This document shows, piece by piece, positions 31,659-43,120 of a DNA stretch of 64,000 bases; the first letter of the stretch is position 1, and every line of letters starts with the position of its first letter. The DNA is taken from NCBI GenBank assembly GCA_017453205.1, contig JAFTKO010000012.1:3530-67529 (forward strand), in the 5' to 3' direction. Source of the DNA: Clostridia bacterium (lineage in GTDB: Bacteria > Bacillota > Clostridia > Oscillospirales > CAG-272). Both the position numbers and the translations under genes were made by a program. The notes beneath the pieces were generated by a model that saw nothing but the letters and a program-made list of their open reading frames with translations, did not search any database and had not been told where the DNA came from.

Positions 31659-32243
31659 ATGCAAAAATTTAAAATTGAACAAAGCGGAACCACATTCGCT
31701 ATCGCAAATTTCCCGTGGGCAAAGGACTATCCCGCAACGCCGCATACCGAGGTCACGGTCTCTTATGATGACGCGGGCTTTCGATTCCGTTTTGTATCTT
31801 ATGAGACGCATTTGCGCGCCGTGGAAACCGCGCACAATACGGCAGTGCACAAGGATAGCTGTATGGAGGTCTTTATGCAGTTCACCCCCGCGACCGACGA
31901 GCGCTACATCAATATCGAGATCAATCCAAACGGCGCGGCGTACAGCGCGGTTTCTTATTGCCGCGAGCGTTCGCAACAGATCAATCCCGCCGACATCGAC
32001 ACACTCGGGATCAAGACCTCTGTTTACGACGACCGTTGGGAGATCGTTCTGACCGTTTCCAAGGAATATATCCAAAAGCAGATCCCGTCCTATCGGCACG
32101 GAAAGGGCAGTATCCTGCGCGGGAATTTTTACAAATGCGGGGATGAGACCGATCATCCGCATTTTGGGTGCTTTCACAATATTGTTTGGGAGCAGCCCGA
32201 TTTTCACCGTCCCGAATTTTTTGCCGAATTTGAGCTGATATGA
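31659..32243 (+). CDS. Carbohydrate-binding family 9-like (DOMON-like) protein
   Basis: VHKDSCMEVF, YINIEINPNG, GNFYKCGD, PDFHRPEFF. Confidence 0.82.
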   Translation: MQKFKIEQSGTTFAIANFPWAKDYPATPHTEVTVSYDDAGFRFRFVSYETHLRAVETAHNTAVHKDSCMEVFMQFTPATDERYINIEINPNGAAYSAVSYCRERSQQINPADIDTLGIKTSVYDDRWEIVLTVSKEYIQKQIPSYRHGKGSILRGNFYKCGDETDHPHFGCFHNIVWEQPDFHRPEFFAEFELI

Positions 32244-32442
32244 AAAAATAAAATTCGACATTTCGCTAAAATTTTGCTTTCTTTTTCATTCTGCTTCAAT
32301 TTTTTCTTGACAATTGGCAAAAAAGAGTTTATAATAGTAGAGTGAAAACCAAATCATTCATTTTTGAAGGGCGGAGCCGTTTTCCCGATGTGCAAACATT
32401 TGCTTTTTGGTGGCGTCCGCAAAAGAAAGGGTTTTGAAAACA

Positions 32443-33645
32443 ATGGCTATGAAAGAACGTAGAGTCGGTACCGTTTCCAGAGGTATCCGTTGCCCCATTA
32501 TCCGTGAGGGAGACGATCTCGCTGCGATCGTAACCGACAGTGTATTGGAAGCCGCGGCTTGCGAAGGTTTTGAAATTCGCGACCGTGATGTGATCTCGGT
32601 AACCGAGTCGATCGTGGCTCGCGCACAGGGCAACTACGCGTCTGTTGAGGACATTGCCACAGACGTCCGTGCAAAGCTTGGCGGAGGAACTGTCGGTGTT
32701 TTGTTCCCGATCCTGTCGCGCAACCGTTTTGCCATCTGCCTGCGTGGTATCGCCATGGGCGCCAAGAAAATCGTTCTCATGTTGAGCTATCCCTCGGACG
32801 AGGTCGGAAACTCGCTGATCACCATGGATCAGATCGATGAGGCGGGCATCAATCCTTACAGCGATGTGCTGACGCTGGAGCGTTACCGCGAACTGTTCGG
32901 GGCGGAGACCAAGCTGGAGTTCACAGGGGTGGATTATATCAACTACTACGCCGATCTCATCCGTTCCTGCGGTACCGAGGTCGAGGTTATTTTTGCAAAC
33001 CAAGCAAAAGCCATTTTGGATTATACCGATTGTGTTTTGACTTGTGACATTCACACCCGTGCACGCACCAAGCGCATCCTCAAAGCAGCAGGTGCAAAGG
33101 TCGTTTGCGGCTTGGACGATATTATGACCGCACCCGTCAACGGTAGCGGTTGCAATGAAAAGTACGGTCTGCTCGGCTCCAACAAATCCACCGAGAATAC
33201 GGTCAAGCTCTTCCCGCGTGACTGTCAAGATCTGGTGCTCGACATTCAAGCGCGCATTCTCAAGGCGACCGGCAAGCATGTTGAGGTCATGGTCTACGGT
33301 GATGGCGCGTTCAAGGATCCCAAGGGCAAGATTTGGGAGCTTGCCGATCCGGTCGTATCTCCCGCATTTACCGACGGTCTTGTGGGTACGCCCAACGAGC
33401 TCAAGCTCAAGTACCTTGCCGACAATGATTACAAGGATCTTTCGGGAGAAGCGCTCAAGGCGGCCATTTCCGAAAGCATCCGTGCCAAGAGCGGCTCGCT
33501 TGTAGGCAACATGGCGGCACAGGGAACCACCCCCCGTCAGCTCACCGACTTGATTGGTTCGCTCTGCGACTTGACCAGCGGTTCCGGCGACAAGGGTACC
33601 CCCGTGGTGTTTATCCAGGGTTACTTTGATAACTACACAAACTAA
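32443..33645 (+). CDS. Coenzyme F420-0:gamma-glutamyl ligase (CofE)-like protein
   Basis: PIIREGDDL, SVTESIVARAQG, DLTSGSGDKGTPVV; start could be 32449. Confidence 0.78.
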   Translation: MAMKERRVGTVSRGIRCPIIREGDDLAAIVTDSVLEAAACEGFEIRDRDVISVTESIVARAQGNYASVEDIATDVRAKLGGGTVGVLFPILSRNRFAICLRGIAMGAKKIVLMLSYPSDEVGNSLITMDQIDEAGINPYSDVLTLERYRELFGAETKLEFTGVDYINYYADLIRSCGTEVEVIFANQAKAILDYTDCVLTCDIHTRARTKRILKAAGAKVVCGLDDIMTAPVNGSGCNEKYGLLGSNKSTENTVKLFPRDCQDLVLDIQARILKATGKHVEVMVYGDGAFKDPKGKIWELADPVVSPAFTDGLVGTPNELKLKYLADNDYKDLSGEALKAAISESIRAKSGSLVGNMAAQGTTPRQLTDLIGSLCDLTSGSGDKGTPVVFIQGYFDNYTN

Positions 33646-33654
33646 AAGATTATC

Positions 33655-33683
33655 AAAAAAGACTGCGTTGTGCAGTCTTTTTT
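33655..33683. terminator. Bidirectional terminator
   Basis: aaaaaagactgc...gcagtctttttt. Confidence 0.8.
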
Positions 33684-33693
33684 GTGTTTGCAG

Positions 33694-33984
33694 TCAATGT
33701 TTCTTTTCCAAACAATCCACCAGCTTTAATACCAGTTCTTTTTCGTCATTAGTTAGGGCTGTGATGTCTACCATGGTTTTATCGGAGACAGAGATCAGAT
33801 AATCGACATCCACGTGAAAAATTTGTGACATTTCGATGATATTGGAAAGGGAAGGAGAGGAAAGCGACATTTCCCAAGAGTTAACGGCGCTCCTTGAAAT
33901 ACCCAGTTTTTTGGCAAGATCGGTTTGTGTCATTCCCAATTTATCGCGGAGATAGCGAATCCTGTCTGCAATATGCAAAATCAT
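33694..33984 (-). CDS. XRE-family HTH regulator
   Basis: LRDKLGMTQTDLAKKLGISRSAVNSWE. Confidence 0.9.
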   Translation of the reverse strand: MILHIADRIRYLRDKLGMTQTDLAKKLGISRSAVNSWEMSLSSPSLSNIIEMSQIFHVDVDYLISVSDKTMVDITALTNDEKELVLKLVDCLEKKH

Positions 33985-34148
33985 TTTATATCATACCTCT
34001 TTTTTTATTTCTACTATCATTATAGCTTATCAACAATGATTTATAATTATCTTGTTTGATAAATAACACTTGACAAAAGAGCGAAAAAAATGTATAATAG
34101 AAATCGGCAAGGGAATTTTGTGTCGTTTTATCGAAGAAAGGGAAAAAG

Positions 34149-34712
34149 ATGAAAAAGGATTTTACAAAGGTTTTGATCGTGATCGGTTTGGTTTTGGTAT
34201 TGGTCGGTATTTTGCTCAACGGCTTGATCAATGAGGAAACAGTGGAATACGTGTTTGCTATTCCTTATCTTGCCGTTGCGTTGTCTTGCACGTTTGTGCT
34301 TTCCAAAAATGAGATGCTTGTCAATATGGGGTATATTTTGTCGTCAATGTGCGGTGTTTACGGGATTGTAATGTTTCCGATGGGAAGATACATGCTGATG
34401 ATTTCCGCCATCGGGATGATCCTTATGCTGATTGCCGCCGTCATTTATACAATCGCAAGGACATTGGAATTTTCGGGTTTTGTAAAAACAAACGTAGCGT
34501 CCGATGCGGTTGCTTTATTGATACAGTATAAGCATATGGAAAAAGAAGCGGTGATTACCACAGAAGAATTTGAAATGTTAAAAAATAAAACATTTGAAAA
34601 TTCCAAGCCTCAAATTTCTTCTTTGGAGGATTTGAAAAAATGGAAGTCGCTGTTGGATCAGCAGATTATCACTGAGGAAGAGTTTGCAAGCTTGAAGTCG
34701 AAGGTCTTTTAA
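34149..34712 (+). CDS. Membrane protein with two C-terminal SHOCT-like domains
   Basis: Four TMs then ITTEEFEMLK and LKKWKSLLDQQIITEEEFASLK. Confidence 0.78.
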   Translation: MKKDFTKVLIVIGLVLVLVGILLNGLINEETVEYVFAIPYLAVALSCTFVLSKNEMLVNMGYILSSMCGVYGIVMFPMGRYMLMISAIGMILMLIAAVIYTIARTLEFSGFVKTNVASDAVALLIQYKHMEKEAVITTEEFEMLKNKTFENSKPQISSLEDLKKWKSLLDQQIITEEEFASLKSKVF

Positions 34713-34751
34713 GAAAAACGGAACGAAAAAACGGCACAAAACAGAGGACTG

Positions 34752-36092
34752 TCAATCGGCAGTCCCCTTGCTTTTTTTGTGAAAATATTTTTCCGTTTCT
34801 TGTTTGATCTCCTTTCGCATCAGTACCAACATCAGCAGGTTGAGCGTCGTCAGCGCCGCAATGGCAAAGTCCGAAATGTTCCACACGCTCTCCGGGGCGG
34901 TGATGGCTCCGACAAATATGCAAATGCCGAGAGCAAGTAAGTAGAGGTATTTTGCAAGCGGTTTGCGCGTCAAAAACGCCAAGCTTTCCAAACCGTAATT
35001 TGCCCAGCAAAGCACCGTCGCATAGCCAAAGCAGAGGATCGCCGCGCAAAAGAACCACTCCGACCATCCGCCAAGCACTGAGGAATAGGCGCGGATGGCT
35101 GTCATAATGGCGTCATTTTCAAAGAGCTCGGCGTTCGGAAAGCCCACAAGGATCACCAAAGCTGTGACGGTACAAAGCAGGATCGTGTCAACAAATACCT
35201 CAAAAATCCCCCAAACCCCCTGTGCCGCGGGGGAAGAAGTGTGTGCGGCGGCGTGTGCGGTGGGGGCGGTTCCGCATCCCGCCTCATTGGAAAGGAGCCC
35301 ACGCATGGTGCCGATGCGCAACGCGCGTGAGGTCAAAAAGCCGATGACACCGCCGCCCATGCTCTCTGCGGAGAATGCCTCACGGAAGATCGACGCAAAG
35401 GCTTCTCCCACAGTGTCACGGCGCAAAATGAGCACTGCCACCGACAGGATCAGATATCCTGCCGTCATGATAGGGACGAGAAGCTCGGTGAGCGCGGAAA
35501 TTCCTTTACTGCCGCGAATGATGACGGGGAGTGCGAGCACGGCGAGAATGATACCTGTGATCCACGTCGGAAGCTTCAACACGCCCTCGAATGCCGAGGA
35601 GATGGCGTTGACCTGGATTACACAGCCCATGCCCAGCGCGTCAATGATCATGAGGAGCGCAAAAACCCCCGATATCACTGTCGCTGTGCGGAGCATTTTG
35701 TGCGATGTAAAACAATCCTTTATATAATAGTAGGCGCCGCCGAAAAATCCGTTTTTGTGTTCTCTGCGGTGGGAGACTGCCAATAGGATCTCGGCGTATT
35801 TGAGGACGGTGGCGACCAGTGCCGACACCCACATCCAAAAAATTGCGCCCGCGCCGCCGATGCGGATCGCACTTGCCACGCCTACAATGTTTCCCACGCC
35901 AAGCGTTCCCGCCAGTGCCAACATCACTGCGCGGAACGGCGACACACCGCCCTCCGGTGCGGGGGTGCGCAGGGCTTTCCACATTTTGCGCGGACTGCGC
36001 AAGGGCTGAAATTTGAGATAACAAAGAAAATACAGCCCGCATACCATCAAAAGCGGCGGTACCAACCCGCCCGTCAGTATCCATTTCAACAC
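34752..36092 (-). CDS. Alanine/glycine:cation symporter (AGCS/AlsT family)
   Basis: LAGTLGVGNIVGVA, GGAGAIFWMW, RGLLSNEAGCGT, EVFVDT. Confidence 0.93.
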   Translation of the reverse strand: MLKWILTGGLVPPLLMVCGLYFLCYLKFQPLRSPRKMWKALRTPAPEGGVSPFRAVMLALAGTLGVGNIVGVASAIRIGGAGAIFWMWVSALVATVLKYAEILLAVSHRREHKNGFFGGAYYYIKDCFTSHKMLRTATVISGVFALLMIIDALGMGCVIQVNAISSAFEGVLKLPTWITGIILAVLALPVIIRGSKGISALTELLVPIMTAGYLILSVAVLILRRDTVGEAFASIFREAFSAESMGGGVIGFLTSRALRIGTMRGLLSNEAGCGTAPTAHAAAHTSSPAAQGVWGIFEVFVDTILLCTVTALVILVGFPNAELFENDAIMTAIRAYSSVLGGWSEWFFCAAILCFGYATVLCWANYGLESLAFLTRKPLAKYLYLLALGICIFVGAITAPESVWNISDFAIAALTTLNLLMLVLMRKEIKQETEKYFHKKSKGTAD

Positions 36093-36286
36093 CGAAAAAC
36101 ACCTCCGACACCCAAAGCGGTTCCTTTTTTATTGTATGAGCAAGGTTGTCTTTCTATTCCTCGGCGAACTGCGTCGATTTTTAGCACCCGCCCCCCACAA
36201 TAAAACAATAAATTTGTTAAAAGAATGTGAATATTACAAAAAAGGGCTTGATTTTTCCAAAAAAAGGTTTAAAATAATAGCAAGAG

Positions 36287-36313
36287 TTAGCACTCCAAGC
36301 TTTTGAGTGCTAA
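36287..36313. promoter_or_regulatory. CIRCE element (HrcA operator)
   Basis: Perfect TTAGCACTC-N9-GAGTGCTAA upstream of groES. Confidence 0.98.
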
Positions 36314-36368
36314 TTTTCAAAGTAAAAAATCATATTTCGAGAGAAACAAATAAGGAGGACTCTGAACT

Positions 36369-36656
36369 ATGAACATCAAACCGCTTTCCGACAGAGTGGT
36401 AGTAAAGCTCGTCGAAGCCGAAGAAAAAACGAAAACAGGTATTTTTTTGACCGCGTCCGCACAGGAAAAGCCGCAGGTCGCCGAGGTGGTAGCCGTAGGT
36501 CCCGGCGCACGCGACGATAACGGTAAGCTGATCCCGATGGAAGTTAAGGTCGGCGACAAGGTCATCACCGGTAAATATTCGGGCACCGAAGTCAAAATGG
36601 ACGGCACCGAGTACACAATCGTCAAACAGAGCGACATTCTCGCAATTGTAGAATAA
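36369..36656 (+). CDS. groES: Co-chaperonin GroES
   Basis: [24 protein letters not shown]. Confidence 0.98.
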   Translation: MNIKPLSDRVVVKLVEAEEKTKTGIFLTASAQEKPQVAEVVAVGPGARDDNGKLIPMEVKVGDKVITGKYSGTEVKMDGTEYTIVKQSDILAIVE

Positions 36657-36667
36657 TGGAGGCGTAA

Positions 36668-38305
<1,638 letters not shown>

Positions 38306-38323
38306 GATAAATACCTGTGATTT

Positions 38324-38386
38324 TGCGGGGGAAGAAACTTTTTGCAAAAAGTTTCTTCCCCCGCACCCCCATCTTCAAAAACTTTT
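38324..38386. repeat. REP-like palindrome, family A (may also terminate groEL)
   Basis: tgcgggggaagaaacttttt/aaaaagtttcttcccccgca followed by ccccc...aaaactttt; relatives at 23590, 49559, 60961. Confidence 0.75.
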
Positions 38387-38527
38387 ACAAAATGGATTTG
38401 TCTATCCTCAAACGGAACTGCTGCATGGCGGTTCTTTTTTAGTTGCGTTGTAAAATAAAAGAAGGAACCGCGATGTTTGCGGTTCCTTCAGCTTGATGAC
38501 AAAGATGTTCGCATTGGCAAAATAGAT

Positions 38528-38696
38528 AAAAGTTTTCGTCCGCCTTTTTCAAAAGGCGGTGCAGTGGAGGGCGCGGAGCCCTCCTCGCGCTCCGCAGAGC
38601 GCGAAATTCCTCATACGGCGTTCTCTTTTGTGAGCTTTTCTCTTGCGCCTCTTTCTTGCAAGAGAAAAGCGGCTAAGGTGTTTTTGCAATTTAACA
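38528..38696. repeat. Dispersed multi-hairpin repeat, family B, copy 1
   Basis: 47-bp core 38561-38607 identical to 57442-57488; flanking hairpins conserved. Confidence 0.88.
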
Positions 38697-38817
38697 AACT
38701 GTTATTTTTTGAATGGGGGCAGCGGTCGGAAGAAACCGCAGTGTTTGCAGTTTCTTCCGAGAATAGCTTTAATCTGTTTGGTGAAAGTTTTTTATCCCGC
38801 CGGAGGCACGCTCCTGT

Positions 38818-39969
38818 TTAATCCTTGACCAGTTCCAAGGCATCAAAGTCGACGGAGTAGAGAATTTTGGTAGCAGAGGGGATGGAGACGGGGATGCGGG
38901 AGGCGATGGGCTTAGAGGAGGTGACGGGGAGCTCGTCAAAGATCCATTCATTGCCGCCGCCGAGGATCTTGTTGTCGGCGTTGAGATATTGGTAATGTAC
39001 GATGACCGAGCGGAGGGGACGGTCGTAGGTGTTGGAAAGGTTAGCGAGAAGCTTAGTGGCGTTCTCGGGGCGGGAAACACGGAGCTCGGAGAGCTTGATG
39101 TGCTTCATAATGGGGGTGGAGAGCTTAAAGTGAGAAGATGCCTTTGCCGTGGCAGAGAGACTTGCGACTGCCGCACCGCGGATCTTTTTGGTTACGCCAA
39201 AGTGGTAGATGGCACGGGGATCGATGGATTGGAGCTGATCCTTGATGACTGTGATCACATTCCCGTCGCGGTCCTTGAGCGTGATATCAATGCCGATGCC
39301 GCGCGCCATGCGGTCGGGGTTGGGGTTTTCGATGTCTATACCGAGCGAGAGCATATAGGTGTCGCCGTCGCGCTTTCCCGCACTTCCGCCCAATGCACGA
39401 ATTTTGAGGGGAAGGGGTTCGGGCTCGGGCGCGGCGGTCAGATCGTCCAGCATGCGGCGGAAGGACTCGTAATAGCTCCACGTGTAGGTCTTTTCGGGGT
39501 TGCGGTCCTCCATATAGGCGAACTCCATCAGACATACCGTAAACAGGCGCAGATATTGCATGACAGTGCCGATCTGCTCCCCGTCAATGCCGAGAGCAAG
39601 ACAGGTCGACCAATACGAGCCGTCGGAGAGGGTAAAGCGGTTGCCGTATTTGCGGGAGAGTGCGCGGTAGGCGTCGCATTTTTGGTCGCGGAATGCCTCG
39701 ATCATGGTCGTTACGATTGACTCGTCGAATATTCCCGATACGGCGTGGCGGTAAAAGCTTTCGGCGGCGTCAGGCTCCCAGCCTTGCGCGTATGCCTCGG
39801 AAAGCAGAGCGAATGAAAACTGCCCGTACATATTCAAGTCGGGGAGCAGGGGGCACAGGTCCAATTGTCTTTCGGGATTGACCACACAGGAGAGAGAAAG
39901 AAACTCGCGTATGTCGCGGATCACCTCTCCAACGCCCTTGCCGACTGCCTTTTGAAATTCTGTTTCCAT
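38818..39969 (-). CDS. Hypothetical protein with C-terminal Ig-like (FxLYD-like) domains
   Basis: 383-aa ORF; IENPN...ITLKDRDGNVI and QYLNADNKILGGG resemble FxLYD repeats. Confidence 0.7.
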   Translation of the reverse strand: METEFQKAVGKGVGEVIRDIREFLSLSCVVNPERQLDLCPLLPDLNMYGQFSFALLSEAYAQGWEPDAAESFYRHAVSGIFDESIVTTMIEAFRDQKCDAYRALSRKYGNRFTLSDGSYWSTCLALGIDGEQIGTVMQYLRLFTVCLMEFAYMEDRNPEKTYTWSYYESFRRMLDDLTAAPEPEPLPLKIRALGGSAGKRDGDTYMLSLGIDIENPNPDRMARGIGIDITLKDRDGNVITVIKDQLQSIDPRAIYHFGVTKKIRGAAVASLSATAKASSHFKLSTPIMKHIKLSELRVSRPENATKLLANLSNTYDRPLRSVIVHYQYLNADNKILGGGNEWIFDELPVTSSKPIASRIPVSIPSATKILYSVDFDALELVKD

Positions 39970-40164
39970 CCGTATTTACCAAACCTTTCCGTAAAAAATC
40001 TTTGAAAAAATCAACTTTGGCTATTGAAATCTTAAAAAAAATGTTGTATAATGTACAATATCTTATTTATTATACACCCAACCGCCGATTTTGGCAAGAG
40101 GAATTTTGGATTTTGGTGTGTTTTTTCATCAAAATCCCGCAAACAGAAAGGTCGTGGATCAAAA

Positions 40165-41007
40165 ATGTATCGAATTTTGGAAAAAAGAAAACTGAATCCC
40201 ACGGTGACGCTGATGAAGATTGACGCGCCCGCGGTTGCAAAAAAAGCCAACCCCGGACAGTTCATCATTTTGCGTACCGATGCCGACGGGGAACGAATCC
40301 CCTTGACCATTGCGGACTATGACCGCACGGCGGGCAGTGTGACCATTATTTTCCAAATCGTGGGTGCGACCACCGAACAGCTGAACCATATGGAGGCGGG
40401 CGAATGTCTGCACGATTTTGTGGGACCGCTCGGCAGAGCCACCGAGACCGATGGCAAAAAGAAAGTTGCCGTGGTGGGCGGCGGCGTGGGTTGTGCCATC
40501 GCTTACCCCGTTGCAAAAAAGTTTTTTGAGCAGGGGACCGAGGTGCATACCATCGCGGGCTTCCGCAACAGCGAGCTGGTCATTCTTGAGGACGAGTTTG
40601 CGGCGGCGTCCACACGCTTTGTCAAAATGTCGGACGACGGTTCTTGGGGGGAAAAGGGGCTTGTGACCGATGCGCTCCGCAAGCTGATCGAGAGCGGTGA
40701 GCAATACGATGAGGTCATTACCATCGGACCGCTCCCCATGATGAAATTCGTTTGCAAGCTGACAAAAGAATTTGGAATTAAGACTGTCGCTTCCATGAAC
40801 CCGATCATGATCGACGGTACGGGCATGTGCGGCGGTTGCCGACTGACTGTGGGCGGCGAAACAAAATTCGCCTGTGTCGACGGACCCGAGTTTGACGGTC
40901 ATCTAATCGATTTTGACGAGGCAATTGCGCGTTCGTCGATGTATAAGCCCTTTGAGAGAGCGGCGCACGAGGCGACCTGCAATCTCTTTGCCAAGGAGGT
41001 CAAGTAA
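40165..41007 (+). CDS. nfnA: NfnA-type FAD/[2Fe-2S] subunit of electron-bifurcating transhydrogenase
   Basis: PGQFIILR, GERIPLTIAD, GGGVG, MIDGTGMCGGCR...ACVDGP. Confidence 0.88.
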   Translation: MYRILEKRKLNPTVTLMKIDAPAVAKKANPGQFIILRTDADGERIPLTIADYDRTAGSVTIIFQIVGATTEQLNHMEAGECLHDFVGPLGRATETDGKKKVAVVGGGVGCAIAYPVAKKFFEQGTEVHTIAGFRNSELVILEDEFAAASTRFVKMSDDGSWGEKGLVTDALRKLIESGEQYDEVITIGPLPMMKFVCKLTKEFGIKTVASMNPIMIDGTGMCGGCRLTVGGETKFACVDGPEFDGHLIDFDEAIARSSMYKPFERAAHEATCNLFAKEVK

Positions 41008-41008
41008 T

Positions 41009-42397
41009 ATGCCGAACATGTCACCTAAAAAGAACCCCATGCCGTCGCAGGATGCCAAGGTTCGCGCACGTAATTTTGAAGAAGTCGCTTTGGGATATAC
41101 CGCGCAAACAGCACTGGACGAAGCGGACCGCTGCTTGAATTGCAAAAAGCCGCTTTGCGTCGAGGGCTGTCCCGTTGGCATCTCGATCCCGAGCTTTATC
41201 CAAAAAGTGAAAGTGGGCGAGTTTGAAGAGGCCTACCGCATTATCACCGAGTCGAGCTCTCTGCCTGCCGTTTGCGGACGTGTCTGCCCGCAGGAAAGCC
41301 AGTGCGAGGGCAAGTGCGTGCGAGGGATCAAAGGCGAGCCCGTCGGCATCGGACGTCTTGAGCGGTTTGTAGCCGATTACCACAACGCAAACAACACCGC
41401 GGCGCCGCAAAAGCCGATTGCAAACGGTCACCGCGTGGCGGTGGTCGGGTCGGGTCCTTCGGGGCTTACCTGCGCGGGCGATCTTGCCAAAAAAGGATAT
41501 GATGTCACCGTATTTGAGGCGCTCCATACTGCGGGCGGTGTGTTGGTGTACGGCATTCCCGAGTTCCGTTTGCCCAAGGCGATCGTGGCAAAGGAGATCG
41601 AGACACTGAAAGCTTTGGGCGTTAAGATCGCGGTCAACACCGTAGTCGGCAAGACCGTGTCTGTCGAGGAATTGATGAAAGAAGAAGGATTTGAAGCCGT
41701 GTTTATCGGTTCGGGCGCGGGACTGCCTCGCTTTATGAATATCCCCGGCGAAAATCTCAAGGGTGTGTACTCGGCAAACGAGTTTTTGACACGTGTCAAT
41801 TTGATGAAGGCTTACCGTGATGGCAGTACCACGCCCATTCAACACGCAAAGCGCGTAGTAGTGGTCGGCGGCGGTAACGTGGCAATGGATGCCGCGCGCA
41901 GTGCTCTGCGTCTCGGTGCCGAAAAGGTCTACATCGTCTACCGACGCTCGTTGGAAGAGCTTCCCGCACGAAGAGAGGAAGTCGAGCACGCGATGGAGGA
42001 GGGCGTGGAGTTCAAGCTGCTCAACAATCCCGTCGAGATCCTTGGCGACGAGAACGGCTTTGTATGTGCTGTCAAATGCGTATGTATGCAGCTTGGTGAG
42101 CCCGACGCGTCGGGCCGTCGTAGTCCTGTGGAGGTTCCCGATTCGGAGTTCCTGCTTGCATGTGACAGCGTGATCATGTCTATCGGCACCTCTCCCAATC
42201 CCTTGATCAAATCGACCACTGCGGGGTTGGAGGTTAACCGTCGCGGCGGTATCGTGGTCACCGAGGAAACGGGAAAAACCTCGCTCGACGGTGTTTATGC
42301 GGGCGGTGATGCCGTTACCGGTGCCGCAACCGTCATCCTTGCCATGGGCGCCGGCAAAACCGCCGCCAAAGCGATCGATGAATATTTAAATCGTTGA
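41009..42397 (+). CDS. nfnB: NfnB / GltD-like NADPH-dependent flavoprotein
   Basis: RCLNCKKPLCVEGCP, CGRVCPQESQCE, YGIPEFRLPK, GGGNVAMD; paired with nfnA. Confidence 0.88.
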   Translation: MPNMSPKKNPMPSQDAKVRARNFEEVALGYTAQTALDEADRCLNCKKPLCVEGCPVGISIPSFIQKVKVGEFEEAYRIITESSSLPAVCGRVCPQESQCEGKCVRGIKGEPVGIGRLERFVADYHNANNTAAPQKPIANGHRVAVVGSGPSGLTCAGDLAKKGYDVTVFEALHTAGGVLVYGIPEFRLPKAIVAKEIETLKALGVKIAVNTVVGKTVSVEELMKEEGFEAVFIGSGAGLPRFMNIPGENLKGVYSANEFLTRVNLMKAYRDGSTTPIQHAKRVVVVGGGNVAMDAARSALRLGAEKVYIVYRRSLEELPARREEVEHAMEEGVEFKLLNNPVEILGDENGFVCAVKCVCMQLGEPDASGRRSPVEVPDSEFLLACDSVIMSIGTSPNPLIKSTTAGLEVNRRGGIVVTEETGKTSLDGVYAGGDAVTGAATVILAMGAGKTAAKAIDEYLNR

Positions 42398-42408
42398 ATA
42401 TCTTGCCG

Positions 42409-42439
42409 GGAGGGGATCTTTTTGAAAGAGATCCCCTCC
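42409..42439. terminator. Hairpin after nfnB (resembles family A palindromes)
   Basis: ggaggggatcttttt-g-aaagagatcccctcc. Confidence 0.65.
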
Positions 42440-42565
42440 TAAAAAATTTTCACGCATTATTTTGGTCGGTGTTGTAAAAAAAGACGTTTTTTATGTGACG
42501 TGAGGTGCGTTTTTTCGGTCTGTTAGGGTGAAAGGTACCTTTACAACAGGGAAGGAGGAAATTAA

Positions 42566-43120
42566 ATGACCGACGAACAGATCGTGGATCTATACAACAA
42601 ACGCTCCGAGGACGCCTTGTCAGAGACCGAAAAGAAATACGCGCGTTATTGCCGATATATTGCTTTTTCGATCCTGGGCGATGAGGAGGATGCAAAGGAG
42701 GTCGTCAACGACACGTATTTGCGGGTGTGGAACAGCATACCGCCGCAATGTCCCCGCTCGCTCAAGGCGTATCTCGGAACCGTGACGCGTCATCTTTCAC
42801 TTGACTATTTGCAAAAAAAGCAAAGCGTGCGGCGCGGCGGCGGGCAATATCACTTGGCATTGGAGGAACTGGAGGAATGTATTCCCGACAGCTCCGATGA
42901 CTTGAATGCATCGATTGCACTGCAACAGATATTGAACCGTTTTTTGGGAGGATTGCCTCGCAAAACGCGTGACATTTTTGTGCGCCGCTACTGGTATATG
43001 AGCCCGATCGCCGAGATCGCAAAGGATTACTCTATGGGTGAGAGCGGTGTCAAAATGCTTTTGCACCGCACAAGAAACAAGCTGAAAGAATATTTAAAAA
43101 AGGAGGGCTTTTTTGTATGA
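42566..43120 (+). CDS. ECF RNA polymerase sigma-70 factor
   Basis: DAKEVVNDTYLRVW region 2; IFVRRYWYMSPIAEIA...VKMLLHRTRNKL region 4. Confidence 0.93.
   Translation: MTDEQIVDLYNKRSEDALSETEKKYARYCRYIAFSILGDEEDAKEVVNDTYLRVWNSIPPQCPRSLKAYLGTVTRHLSLDYLQKKQSVRRGGGQYHLALEELEECIPDSSDDLNASIALQQILNRFLGGLPRKTRDIFVRRYWYMSPIAEIAKDYSMGESGVKMLLHRTRNKLKEYLKKEGFFV

Noticed and set aside
38575-38607. CCTCCTCGC resembling the HDV ribozyme L3 loop
   Set aside because: Explained by two simple adjacent hairpins; I could not build the nested double pseudoknot.
38477-38821. Short ORFs containing VEGAEPSSRSAEREI here and at 57445-57654
   Set aside because: They are translations of the non-coding family B repeat, not paralogous genes.
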